NCBI GenBank assembly: GCA_951406725.2
Contig: OX597831.1
Span: 26,164,001-26,228,000 of the forward strand
Direction of reading: 5' to 3'
DNA length: 64,000 nt
From: Octopus vulgaris
Taxonomy: Eukaryota
Below the pieces are notes generated by a model. It was not told where the DNA came from, searched no databases, and saw nothing but the letters and a program-made list of their open reading frames with translations. This document shows, in pieces, positions 1-12,555 of the stretch; position 1 is the stretch's first letter, and every line of letters begins with the position of its first letter. A program made the translations under genes and the position numbers.

Positions 1-945
1 AATACAGATTCTCAATAAATGTGAGCTAAATTAGCTACACTGATATTTGAACTGTTTTTGATCATGCTATTTCTAGTATAAATCAATTTTTATATCTGAT
101 GAAAGAAATGAGACAATGCAGGTACAAAAGTGGCAGTAACTAGGTGTACATATGCAAACAAACTTGAGCATTGTTTCACAAACTAAATATATTACACTAT
201 ACTATGTTTATATAGGTACTTCTGAAAATATGAACTAGATAAAAATAGTGCCAAAGTGTAGTTGTAGCAAATACTTGAAATTCCAATTATGATCTTCTGA
301 TGGTTATCATACCTGGTGTTACCTGTAGGCTATTGTTAATTGGAACTGGTAAAGGGTTGTAATCATTTCAAGACTTGTAGAAGAAATAGAGCTTCATTTA
401 TTTCTTCCATAATCTCGAAATTACAGCAATATTTTTTACATGTTATACTTCATAATATTCTCTATATCGTATGAAAATCTTTATTACGTGTAGATTGCTG
501 CATGCAAATAAGAAATAGAGAATGCTGTTCTTTATTATCAAAGCCTTTGTTTTTTTTTATGTTGTTCATTTTTCTTTTTTACACATTTAAACCATATCAC
601 TGTATCATTCACATCAACTTTTATCAATGATTTGCATCTGTAGAACAGGTGCCCTACCATAATCTGTACAGTATTGATTAGTGATATATATATATATTTA
701 TATATGTGGATGGATGGATACACACATATTTATATACACACACACATAAATATATATGTACAGATATATATGCATATATGCGTGTGTATATGTATATACT
801 CCAGCATGGCCACAGTCAAATGATTGAAACAAATAACTGAATAAAGGAATATATATTTTTATATATGTGTGTGTGTATGTGTGTGTGTGTGTGTGTATGT
901 GCATGTGTATGTATATATATATATATATATGTGTGTGTATGTATG

Positions 946-1034
<89 letters not shown>

Positions 1035-1041
1035 ATGTATG

Positions 1042-1074
<33 letters not shown>

Positions 1075-1205
1075 GGGGAGAGATAGTTATATAGATAGAG
1101 AGAGAGAGAGATGATAATGAAGATAAACACAACTAAGTTTTATATATATAAATTTGCATACATGCATACACACGTACTTATACACAGGTATATATATATA
1201 TATAT

Positions 1206-1463
1206 AAGGATATTCAAAAGCTGAAAATATTGCAAAGATAAACACTTATGAGCAAGTATATAGATATTTATATATACTGACAAATAAATTTACATGGTGT
1301 ATAAAAGGTTCTGAAAGCTGAGGGGAGAAAGCTATGCACTCTCCCCTCAGTTTTTTTTTTGAATTTTCTATATTCCATGGAAATTTATTTATCAACGTAT
1401 ATAGAAATATCTATATACATAAGTGTTTATCATTTCAATATTTTTCAGTTTTTGTATATCCTT
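1206..1463. mobile_element. Palindromic (fold-back) non-autonomous element in (TA)n
   Basis: Arms aaggatattcaaaagctgaaaatattg...gctgaggggaga and tctcccctcag...caatatttttcagtttttgtatatcctt are reverse complements around an ~11-nt loop; TA repeats on both sides. Confidence 0.7.
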
Positions 1464-2551
1464 ATATATATACCTACATGTGTATTATGTAAAGTTATAT
1501 GGGTACTGTATATAGTAATGCATGTGTTATTATATAGTATTGTATGTATTTTGTGTATTGTATATGTGTGCTGTGTATTGTACTGTGTGTCCTGTGTATA
1601 ATAAGGTGTACTGACTTCACAACCAAATGCTCTTCTTCCAAATGAAAACCTCCTGCAACTCATTAGATCCCTAAAGCACCGTGAAGACATTAATTTCAAG
1701 AAGTATATCAGAAGTAAATATATCGGATGAAGTTTGTTCCTTTCCAAACTTCTGGTTCTGAAGAACTAAAATCTTGCCTCAGCAGACAGAAGTAGTCCAG
1801 AATGTTTATATTATAAAAAGGAAAACAAAAATCAAAGTCCATCCCTGAATCATAGGCCCATAAAGTTGGTTTCTCAGATTCTATGATGTATACTGTTATC
1901 AAGTAAGATGTATTCTATTGTACTCAGAATATATAACTTTATAAAATGAATGAAGATTAATAAAGCATACCAGACTCACAGTAGTCATACAGGCATACCA
2001 TTGAGTGGACAGTCCTTGTGGTTACATGCAAAAGTCTCTCTGCCTAAAGGTTTTAAATAGACCCTGTACTTCAGGAGTAAGCTTGAGAAAGCAAGGGACT
2101 AGCAGACTAAACTGTAAAATAAATCCAGCAGAAGGCAAGAGAAAGCCACAACCAGTTGTTATTTTAGAGGAATGATTGCACAATAAATTCTCAACATTCA
2201 GATTAATCTGTCAAATGTGATGTTTATTTAATCATGCATTATCTTGTAGCTTTAAGATTTCAGTGATATGATCGTTTTTAGAATGACAACTTGCAACAAT
2301 TGAAACAGAAGTACGAAGTGGTGAATTGTAACTTCAATTCTCCAATGATACAAAATGGACCATCTGTACCACAGTAAGTGTGCTCAAACGTAAAAGAGGC
2401 AATCCACCACAATGAGTCGATGTATATCTTCATCACCTGGTAGAGTTCATAATGTGTTTTTGTTTCTGGGTGAATTGACATGAGCTTAAATAATCAACCT
2501 CACATGATCGAGTCATGTCCATAGATTGGATGACAATAAACAATGTTTTGA

Positions 2552-2786
2552 AAGGCGGCAAGCTGGCAGAAACGTTTGCACACTAGGTGAAATGCATAGC
2601 CGTATTTCGTCTGCCTGCTAGAGTTCTGAGTTCAAATTCCACCAAGGTCGACTTTGCCTTTCATCCTTTCGGGGTCGATAAATTAAGTACCAGTTACGCA
2701 CTGGGGTTGATATAATTGACTTAATCCGTTTGTCTGTCCTTGTTTGTCCCCTCTGTGTTTAGCCCCTTGGGGGGAATAAAGAAATA
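2552..2786 (+). mobile_element. SINE family B (Nin/Deu-like central domain) with 16-bp TSD
   Basis: aaggcggcaagctggcagaaacg...gagttcaaattcc (B box)...gcctttcatcctttcggggtcgataaattaagtaccag; flanked by aataaacaatgttttg (2535-2550) and aataaacagtgttttg (2787-2802). Confidence 0.85.
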
Positions 2787-2837
2787 AATAAACAGTGTTT
2801 TGTGTCAAGACCACTGGGGTCCTCACATATATGCTCT

Positions 2838-2998
2838 TCCTCCACTGGATGGGATGCCAGTCCATCACAGGCTTACTCAATTTTGCCAGCTGAGTAGGTT
2901 GGATCAATGTAATATGACATATTTTATTTAAGAACACAAAGCATTGCCCAATTCAGGAATCAAAACCACAATCTTAAACACCAAGCCATGTGCCTCCA
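2838..2998 (-). mobile_element. Degenerate SINE, family D-like head
   Basis: Reverse complement starts ggaggcacatggcttggtgtt and ends in a gatggactggcatcccatccag tail. Confidence 0.5.
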
Positions 2999-3139
2999 CA
3001 TTTATATCATATTACATATTATAATATTACATATTATATCATATACACTGTGAGAAATGTGTGAGTAGTAATTGTACTACACACTATTTCACAATCAGAA
3101 GTTTGGAAAGGAACAGACTTCATCAAATATATTTACGTG

Positions 3140-3304
3140 GGCGCAGGAGTGGCTGTGTGGTAAGTAGCTTGCTTACCGAACACATGGTTCTGGGTTCAGT
3201 CCCACTGCATGGCACCTTGGGCAAGTGTCTTCTACTATAGACTCAGGCCGACCAAAGCCTTGTGAGTGGATTTGGTAGATGGAAACTGAAAGAAGCCAGT
3301 TGTA

Positions 3305-3335
<31 letters not shown>

Positions 3336-3339
3336 GTAA

Positions 3340-3403
<64 letters not shown>

Positions 3404-3619
3404 TTGTTTGTGTGTCTGTGTTTGTCCCCTGCAAAATCGCTTGACAACCGATGCTGGTGTGTTTACATCCCCGTAACTTAGCAGTTTGGCAAAAGAGACT
3501 AATAGAATAAGTACTAGGCTTACAAAGAATAAGTCCTGGGGTCGATTTGCCCGACTAAAGGCGGTGCTCCAGCATGGCCGCAGTCAAATGACTGAAACAA
3601 GTAAAAGAGTAAAAGAGTA
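3140..3619 (+). mobile_element. Full-length tRNA-derived SINE family A with internal (TA)n(TG)n
   Basis: Head ggcgcaggagtggctgtgtggtaag (A box)...gggttcagtccc (B box); tail gactgaaacaagtaaaagagtaaaagag; more than 12 related copies in the window. Confidence 0.9.
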
Positions 3620-5182
3620 CAACATTGAATTATTTTCTGTCTCTACAATAGAAAAACCAGCTTTTGTAATGTTGTATTGCATACTTGATAAGGGAAGCAT
3701 TCTTGTATAATTGGTTCAGTTCTTACAGCCTTGTTATTGGCTTGGAGTTACAAACGCCAATTCAACATAAATCAACTCATCCAACGATGTAATTTGTAAA
3801 ATCATATCCAGACCTTATTAGTTTAGCAGGGAAAAGAAAAAAAAACATCAGATTTAAATCACTAGATTGTTGTAAGATAATAACTCAATGCAACTTGAAA
3901 CAAGCTGGTGCAGCTGCAACTGTTATGTGAGATATAACTATGTAAGTGAATGAGTACAAATGATAGATTTGGTACCGCTTGTATTTCCTGACAATTAAAC
4001 TATATTTTTCTTCAAAGCAAATGTTTATAGTTTTATTGTTATTACTGTTATGTCTCATTATTCTTTAATGTAAGAACTGAAATGCACAGAGCCAGACTGA
4101 CTGGCATTTGTTATAATCCATACATAGTTTACCATATTATTTGTTAGAGTTTTTTAATTAATCTTCCAACAATCTGGAATTCTAGTTCTTTCGCTTATTG
4201 TCTTTCTCTATTAGATTTTTCTTGAAGCGGGGGGCTGGTGTCTTTCAATGATAAGAATAATATTTTTAATGAAGTATATATACAGTGAGAAAATATCATC
4301 TTTAAGACTGCTTTAAGAATGTAGTTCAAGTTTGTAAATTAACAAACCAAAGTTTTCTTGGATTTCTTAAGTTTTCTTAGATTAAAATTTCTTCCTTTTC
4401 TTCCTCCTAAATCTTAGTTTGAAAATTCAATGGTTGCTTAATAACAGACCATTGAATATTTTAGGATGGTAATTTATATACATTTTGCTTTGTTTGTTGT
4501 GATAAAATTTATATCAGTTTCTCTAATTTAGAAGATAAATCAAGCATGAAAGAGCCAAAGTGTTAATGATATTCCTGTAAATGAAAACTAGATAATTGAT
4601 CTTACATCTAATGAGATGCATGTGTCCTACATGAAACTTGAAGTAATGTGGAGCTGAGTCAAACTGTTATGTATGCATACATATTAATGCATATGTATTA
4701 GCTAAATAAGATTTGGGTAAAAGAAAAAAAAACTTGTATGCTATGCAAAGCTCATCTTCAGTTGATGGCTATCTGATGTCATTATATGATGGAACCACAC
4801 TTGCAACTGGATATACACTAAGAATTCCATATTATCCATAGACTTTATATAAACAGATAAATGGTAGAAAATGGAATGAGTGACATTCTTAATTTTAAAT
4901 CACTACAATTGTTTTGGCACATTTTTACACACATAGTACATTGGTGAAATGCTGTGTTGTCCTTTTCATCCATTCAAGATATAAAATGCATGCATACATG
5001 AATATATATATCATCATCATCATCAGCATCATTTAACATCCACTGAAGGAGGATAAAAGGAAGTACAGCATAACTTGGTCCATAGTAAGACACACGAAAC
5101 CATACAATATAATTTTTTGGAGATGCTATCTCTGCTCCGAGGAATCCCTGTCTATTCTGTGGACTAATGAGAAGATCATTAA

Positions 5183-5576
5183 TGGAGGCACAATGGCCCA
5201 GTGGTTAGGGCAGCGGACTCGCAGTCGTAGGATCGCGCTTTCGATTCCCAGACCAGGCGTTGTGAGTGTTTATTGAGCGAAAACACCTAAAAGAGCTCCA
5301 CGAGGCTCCGGCAGGGGGTGGTGGTGATCCCTGCTGTACTCTTTCACCACAGCTTTCTCTCACTCTTACTTCCTGTTTCTGTTGTACCAGTATTTCAAAG
5401 GGCCGGCCTTGTCACTCTCTGTGTCACGCTGAATATCCCCGAGAACTACGTTAAGGGTACACGTGTCTGTGGAGTGCTCAGCCACTTACACATTAATTTC
5501 CCGAGCAGGCTGTTCCGTTGATCGGATCAACCGGAACCCTCGGCATCGTAACCGACGGAGTGCTTCCAACAACAAT
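5183..5576 (+). mobile_element. tRNA-derived SINE family C
   Basis: tggcccagtggttagggcagcggactcgcag...ttcgattccc tRNA-like head; 3' part shared with the SINE at 34790. Confidence 0.85.
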
Positions 5577-6069
5577 AGAATTTCTGAAGACTCTTGTGGT
5601 GTCTATACGCATATAAATGTACTTTCACACATTGCAGTCGGAATGAATTTTGTGTAACTGTTAACATAATTTACTTTAAGGTATTGAGGAATTAAGTTTA
5701 CTTTTAACCTCCCCATTCTGACAAACACCAAGTATATAGTTAACTCGTTTTGTGATCATGAGTGCACCAAACCTCGTGTGTGCATGCTCACATTTTTGTG
5801 GGTGCTTGTATAACCAAATGTCCTCATGGCATGCAGCTTGCCCAAGGGCATTTATACATCCATACTTGTTATTGGGTTTTTTTTTAATACTTTTCTCACT
5901 GTTTTGTGTGTTTGCTTCTCTTTTCTTCATCTGTGATTTTTATTTTTCCTCTTCTCTGTAAATGAAGATATTTCCTCCATCTGACTGCTTTTCTTTCTAC
6001 AAAATGAGAAGTTACATTGTGGAACTGTTACTCCAATGAGTTGTGTCTATTTATCACCCAATGAAATAC

Positions 6070-6195
6070 ATTTACTCTGCTGGATACTCCTGAACCAATT
6101 GTTGAGTGTCCCACCCATGAGGAATCGATGCTAGACATACCAAAGCAATTGTTATGATTAATAATAAATTCTCACATATTCCATATTCCATCTTT
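6070..6195 (+). mobile_element. Decayed Penelope-type terminal-repeat fragment
   Basis: Homologous to 9105-9220 (atactcctgaaccaattgttgagtgtcccacccatgagg...tccatattccatct); (TA)n follows. Confidence 0.45.
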
Positions 6196-6243
6196 CAGTT
6201 GCCACAAATATATATATATAATGTATCTATATATATATATATA

Positions 6244-6562
6244 TTCTGCTATAGCCCCGGGCCGACCAATGCCTTGTGAGTGGATTTGGTAGACGGACAC
6301 TGAAAGAAGCCTGTCGTATATATATATATATACGTGTGTGTTTGTGTGTCTGCGTTTGTCCCCCTAGCATCGCTTGACAACCGATGCTGGTGTGTTTACG
6401 TCCCCGTCACTTAGCGGTTCGGCAAAAAAGAGACCGATAGAATAAGTACTGGGCTAACAAAGAATATGTCCCGGGGTCCAGTTGCTCGATTAAAGGCAGT
6501 GCTCCAGCATGGCCGCAGTCAAATGACTGAAACAAGTAAAAGAGAAAAGAGAAAGAGAGAAA
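6244..6562 (+). mobile_element. 5'-truncated SINE family A
   Basis: ctatagccccgggccgaccaatgccttgtgagtggatttgg...gactgaaacaagtaaaagag matches 3140-3619. Confidence 0.85.
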
Positions 6563-6668
6563 GATATATATGTATGTATGTATATGTATGTATGTATGTA
6601 TATATGTATGTATGTATATGTATGTATATACATATATGTGTATGTATACATATATGTATATATATATA

Positions 6669-6930
6669 TCATCATCATCATCGTTTAACGTCCGCTTTCC
6701 ATGCTAGCATGGGTTGGACGGTTCAACTGGGGTCTGGCAAGCCCGAAGGCTACACCAGGCCAGTCAGATCTGGCAGTGTTTCTACAGCTGGATGCCCTTC
6801 CTAACGCCAACCACTCCGAGAGTGTAGTGGGTGATTTTATGTGCCACCGACACAGGTGCCAGACGAGGCTGGCAGACGGCCACGCTCAGATGGTGTTTTT
6901 TATGTGCCACCGACACAGGTGCCAGATGAG
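6669..6930 (-). mobile_element. SINE family E ((ATG)n tail, ggaagggcatccagctgtagaaa core)
   Basis: (CAT)n-cgtttaacgtccgctttccatgctagcatgggttgg...ggatgcccttcctaacgccaaccactcc; internal duplication of ttttatgtgccaccgacacaggtgccaga. Confidence 0.8.
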
Positions 6931-6947
6931 GTATATATATATGTATG

Positions 6948-6978
<31 letters not shown>

Positions 6979-8529
6979 ATACATGTATGTATGTGTATAC
7001 ATTTGTGTGTGTGTGTTTTCTCCAATGCAGATTCGCATGAAGTAATTTCTTTAACTTATAAAAAGAGTCTAAGATAGGTTTCCCTTCAAGCTGACACACT
7101 GATAATGAGACAGCTAATTGAATATAGCACTTAATTAGCATATCAGGCCATGGACAAGCATTTTAACCTAATACCCATTTAATGAAAGGACTCAAGGGCT
7201 CAAGACATATTAACCCATTGGATTTCATTTAATTAATTTTGTGTGTTAATTGAAGTGGATATAACAAACATTTCTTGTTTGAATCATTTTGGCTCTTTAA
7301 CTTTCTAAGCTAACTTTTTTTTCTTTTTATTTGATATACTTTGAGAAGTGTATGAGGCAAAAATAGAAAGACAAAAAAAGAAGAAAAAAAAAGAACTTAA
7401 TTCTAATCGGAGAAAGAAGTATGAGTCATGAGGGAACTTGGCTGAGATATTTGAAGTTTTGTTGATTCTGAAAGTAATGTATAGGAAATAAGTAAAGAAT
7501 GAATGAATGATGTTATTTAAAGAAAATCAAAGAAAAGCTTCTTTCATTTATGATTAAACACTTAAAAGTTTTGAAAGTGAAAACAAATACAAATAGACAA
7601 AAAAAAAACAAACATAATATAGATAAAGGCTATATGTGCCAAGTGTCTTTTATTTACCATTTTGTTCTGCAGAGAGACTTTCAATTAGATGGTCCTTAGA
7701 GATTTTCTTCCATTAAATATCAGAGATTGAATCTTTTGAAAAACTTTGGTAAAGAAATATCCTTCAGATAGAGCTACCGAATGGCTCCAGTGATTCTTAG
7801 ATCTAGATTAAGTCTATTCTTGTTTGTCTACCTCATTGTTAAAGAGAAGCAGTAATTAACCAATAATGTTATTGTTGGGTAACCGTGGTAAGTTACAATT
7901 AATTAGACATAATTTAGACAACTGCTGTAATGTAGATTTTCAATGATGTTTAATTTATCAGTGGAAAATTTTGTATCGTTCTCAAATTTTCTGTTTTGCG
8001 AATTCAAATTGTACTGCAGGCATTCCAGCAGGTCAGGAGATGCAGTTCTAATTAAGACGGCGCCATACCACAGTCAAATATTTTGCTTCCACTGAAACAG
8101 AATGCTTGAAGCAAATCATAAACCCCATACACTAACATTTATACAAATATGTCAATGTACACACACACATACAAATATGTGTATGTACATATATACACAC
8201 TTACACATATATTTATGTAAATATGTGTGTATTTAAACATATATACATTTATAAATGTATATATATATATATATATACACACACATATTCATGCACACAC
8301 ACACATGTATCTTCATATGTGCATGTATACAGACACATGTGTATTTACTAACAGTATAGCAATGCTTAAAGTTTTGTGGCCATACAGCAGGACATGTCTT
8401 ACTCACCATGCAGTGGAAATGTCTTTACACACCGTGTTACAATAGAACTAAGTCAAACTATTATTTAATGTAAATCCAGCCAAATGTGTGGAGTGCTACT
8501 TTCTTTCCATTCTTCACTCATTCAAGTGT

Positions 8530-8695
8530 GTGCAGGTGTGGCTGTGCAGTCAGAAGCTTGCTTTCCAACCACATGGGTCTGGGTTCAATCTCACTGCGTC
8601 TCACCTCCCCTTGGGCAAGTGTCTTCCACTATAGCCTCAGGTCGACCAAAGCCTTGTGAGTGGATTTGGTAGATGGAAACTGAAAGAAACCCATT

Positions 8696-8762
<67 letters not shown>

Positions 8763-8828
8763 TGTGCTTGACAACCGATGTTGGTGTTTTTCTGTCCCCA
8801 AAAGTTTACAGTTCAGCAAAAGAGACCA
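8530..8828 (+). mobile_element. SINE family A, 3'-truncated
   Basis: gtgcaggtgtggctgtg...gccttgtgagtggatttggtagatggaaactgaaagaa-(TG)n-cttgacaaccgatg. Confidence 0.8.
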
Positions 8829-8860
8829 ATGTATATGTTTATATATATATATATACACAC

Positions 8861-9300
8861 TTGATTAATGAGAGAGATGGAAGATGGAGGATACAACAGT
8901 GTTTATTAATCACTACTTTTTTTTGCTACATAGTGTATTCGCTTCATTTTGCATCTAGTTTTTATAATTGATCTTATGTAAAAATGAAGCTGTATATTTT
9001 AATTTGCTGCTTTTCTATACACAAATCAAGAAGATATCTTGCAGAACAGTCATTATTTTAATAGGATACGTCTTGTAATCGTATGAAGAGACACATCTAC
9101 ACTATCAGATACTCCTAAACCAATTGTTAAGTATCCCACTCATGAGGGATCAATGCTAGATGGGTCGAAACAGTTTAAGTGACCAATAAACATTCTTGTA
9201 TCTTCCATCTTCCATCTGTCTTATTAATCAAACACCCAACACACACTGTGAAAGTAAACATGCTTTACCAGTAAGCTACCAGGTATAAACAATACAATTT
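8861..9300. mobile_element. Penelope-type terminal-repeat relic with inverted copy and decayed hammerhead-like core
   Basis: 8861-8914 is the inverted copy of 9179-9231; ctcatgagggatc...gggtcgaaacagtt at 9139-9175; ends in (TA)n. Confidence 0.5.
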
Positions 9301-9301
9301 A

Positions 9302-9357
<56 letters not shown>

Positions 9358-9361
<4 letters not shown>

Positions 9362-9735
9362 CACCATCTAGAAAAATAGAAATATTAAAAATAACAATAA
9401 TATACCGATGATTAAGTAAATTGCAAAATAATAATAAAAATGTATATATTTGGTAGGAAATATTTTACTATTTTTATTATTTTTAGTTTTATTTTTTATC
9501 ATTATTTTGCAATTTACTTAATCATCGGTATATTATTGTTATTTTTAATATTTCTATTATATGTAATTTTCTAGATGGTGTAATTTAATTGTCCATTTTG
9601 AATTGATAAAAGGTGGTTTTTTCTAAATTTCATATATATATATATATATATTATATTTTGTGAAATTTGATTTTGTATTTCTAAATTGAATTTTTCCCTG
9701 TAAGTTAGGAATAATATTCCCTCAAATAATTATTA
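9358..9735. mobile_element. AT-rich fold-back element in (TA)n
   Basis: Near-perfect inverted arms attacaccatctagaaaa...gcaaaataat / attattttgcaatttacttaatcatcgg...ttttctagatggtgtaat (9358-9583); the right extension resembles 52370-52555 in reverse orientation. Confidence 0.7.
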
Positions 9736-10333
9736 TATATATATATATAACACATACACATATAGGCACACACACTCACTTACATCTATATATACAAGCG
9801 TATTACATCACACACACTCTTATGATGCAAGTCTGATCAGTAATGAGAATGACATTTTCTCGTTAACATTTTCCAAAGCAAAATGGACATTTTGTCCCAG
9901 CTGATGATGCCCAGCCATTGCATTAACAGATTTTGTCCAGTCGCATGCAATACAGAATCATGACATTTTGGTATTGCATATAGACATGTGTCTCTTTAGA
10001 CCACCAACATTTGTTACATAATTGGCAGACATATATTAATTCATATAATGCTAGTGTGTTATTGGCTTGCTTTAGTTCATGTACTCTTGGGTAGCAAACA
10101 AGACCAGCATCAGAAATAAATACAGATGTAATTATGAGTTGAACAATTGAAGGTATTATTGAAAATCTACTAAAACATACTTCATTCCAAATTTTTGGGG
10201 TTTTATGTAATTTTCGTGAAAATGTTTTGGTGTATGGGGTATAATTATAGGACATAAAGTAAAGGGACACAACTCTATATCGTTAGCATTTAGTCGAGCT
10301 CAATACCATTTTTTTCTAATTATTATTCTTCGA

Positions 10334-10540
10334 AAGGCAGCAACTGTCAGAATCGTGAACACATTGGGCAAAATACTTAGCAATATTTCGTCCGTCTTTA
10401 CGTTCTGAGTTCAAATTCCACAGATGTTGACTTTGACTTTCATCGTTTCTAGATCGATAAAATAAATATTAGTTGAGGACTAGGATCGACATAACTTACC
10501 CCACCTCCAAAATTGCTGGCCTTGTGCCAAAATTTGAAAT
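10334..10540 (+). mobile_element. SINE family B variant (ccaaaattgctggccttgtgccaaaatttgaaa tail)
   Basis: ttctgagttcaaattcc...gactttgactttcatcgtttctagatcgataaaataa. Confidence 0.75.
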
Positions 10541-10542
10541 CA

Positions 10543-10599
10543 TTCTTCTTCTTCTTCTTCTTCTTCTTCTTCTTCTTCTTCTTCTTCTTCTTCTTCTTC

Positions 10600-10631
<32 letters not shown>

Positions 10632-10712
10632 CTTCTTCTTCTTCTTCTCTCTTTCTTCTGCTGCTACTACTAGTACTAAGAAGAAGAAGAAGAAAAAGAA
10701 GAATCGGAAGAA
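10543..10712. repeat. (CTT)n followed by (AAG)n microsatellites
   Basis: Direct reading; source of the poly-L/F/E ORFs. Confidence 0.95.
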
Positions 10713-10714
10713 GA

Positions 10715-11066
10715 AGACTCGAAGAGTGCAAACCTCTGCCAAGGCAACACCAACATCCTCTGAACGATTAGCCAGAGATAATTTTGAAAATGAGAATATC
10801 TGAAATAAACTCGACTGCTCTCACAAACGAGAATACTAAAAATGAACCCGACCGCTCTCAAAATTTAAGTAAAAAAAAAAAACCAAAAATAATCCAGAAT
10901 CATTGTCCGGTACCGAATCGATCCCAAAATCTAATCAGTTCGTGTCAGTCACGAGGCCTAACATCACTGAAAGTTTCATCCGAATCCATCCAGCGGTTCT
11001 TGAGATATTTTGTCCATGGACAAACAAATACGACTGAAAACAATACTTCTGCCTTCGCTAAGGCGC
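10715..11066 (+). mobile_element. Non-autonomous DNA element, Helentron-associated (HINE-like) architecture
   Basis: aaacctctgccaaggc near the 5' end, internal gaaagtttcatccgaatccatccagcggttcttgagatat, and 3' aaaacaatacttctgccttcgctaaggc hairpin. Confidence 0.5.
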
Positions 11067-11069
11067 GCC

Positions 11070-11232
11070 TGAAATTTTGGGTGAGCGGACTAGTCTTTTA
11101 CATCGACCCCCGCCCCCAAGAGGATTAAAGGTAAAGTTGACCTCGGCAGAATTTGAACTCAGAACGTAATGACAGATAAAATACCACCCAGTATTTTGTC
11201 CAGTGTGCCAATGGTTCTGTCAGCTCGCCATC
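11070..11232 (-). mobile_element. SINE family B variant
   Basis: aaagttgacctcggcagaatttgaactcagaacg...cagctcgcc is the reverse complement of the family B head. Confidence 0.75.
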
Positions 11233-12555
11233 TTATGATGATGATGATGATGGTAGTAGTGGTGGTGGTGGTGGTGAGGATGATGATGATGATGATATAA
11301 AAATCGCTTCTGATTTAAGCATCGGGCCAACACTTTTCAGGTGAAGACGTTAGGCAATACCATGAATCTGGTACTTGATTGGTACTTTATTTTATCGCCC
11401 CCCCCCCCCCGCCCCCAATGAGATTTAAATTCTGAAAGGGAACTAGTCAATTATATGGCTTCCAGTAAATGACCAGTATCTCTTTTATCGAACCCAGAAG
11501 TACATAAGACAAAGTCAACTTTAACAGGATTTGAACGCAAATCTTATCTAAGTTTGGCATGGAGTCATGCATTTGGCAGAAGAGGAAATTATTGGTACAT
11601 ACTTTGCTAGCATGAAAGACGACGTTAAGCTCGTCCAAATAATCCCCCCTCGCCTAATCTCTATCCTCTATTTGAAATCAATCATTTATCGCTATCATTG
11701 CTACAGTTATTTCCCTTACATCACAAATTACACTTCGTTGACAGTTTCCTTGAAAAGTTATAGACTTTGTATTGTATTTAAAAATCTTTTTAGGTGATGT
11801 CAACCTAAATATTAAAATTCTTTCTTAAATACAATTTATTTTTGAAGAACTACGTAATTCTTAAGACCTATAATTTTCGTTAAATTGGAAGTACTACTTT
11901 TCCATAGATCGATATTTCTGTTTTATATTTTGGTTTCCTGAATTTTTATATGCACTAATCTTCCTTTACTTCTACTTTCACTTTCTCTTTAAGCAAAGTA
12001 AATATTTTAAAATGTCATCGTTATTTATAGTAATGAGAAGTTTGCATTCAAAGACGGTCTTTTTTTTTTCTTACTGTTTTAAGTGTAAAACTAGGTGGTA
12101 TTTTTTTCAGATTTGATATTTCAAAACAAGTTAAAAGAAATAAATTCTACTAACTTCAAACACTGTAGGTTTTTTCAGTTAGTGTCTTTTTTTTTCCATA
12201 TATATATATATAATATACATGTGTGTTTGTTTATATATATAACACATATCCCCAATGCAGATGGTGACTACATATTTCCAACCAGTCAAGTTTGTACATG
12301 CCCCAAACATCTCAACACTGCATGATTTTAATATATAAGAAGACATAACAAGACAGTCAGCTATGACCATGCAGAATTTTAGACCCTGTCCACGCAGTTG
12401 ATATGATGTAAAGACAAGCCAATGCATCATATTTGGTGTCAATAATGGTCACAAACTCAGGTGTATAAGAATGTCACAATTTCCAGCTGTTGTTGAAAGA
12501 TCTGAAAATGGCCAGATCATTTTTTGCCCAATGGTCTTTATATCAGAGTAACCAT

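Noticed and set aside
313-497. Minus-strand exon candidate with good acceptor and CAG/GTATGA donor
   Set aside because: Stops in all three frames.
1606-1902. Complex-looking sequence as a host exon
   Set aside because: Only short open frames, no convincing splice pair or known motif.
5183-5260. tRNA genes at SINE heads (also 34790, 46403, 49948)
   Set aside because: A/B boxes are present but they run into multi-copy SINE bodies, several with TSDs; no complete cloverleaf with terminator.
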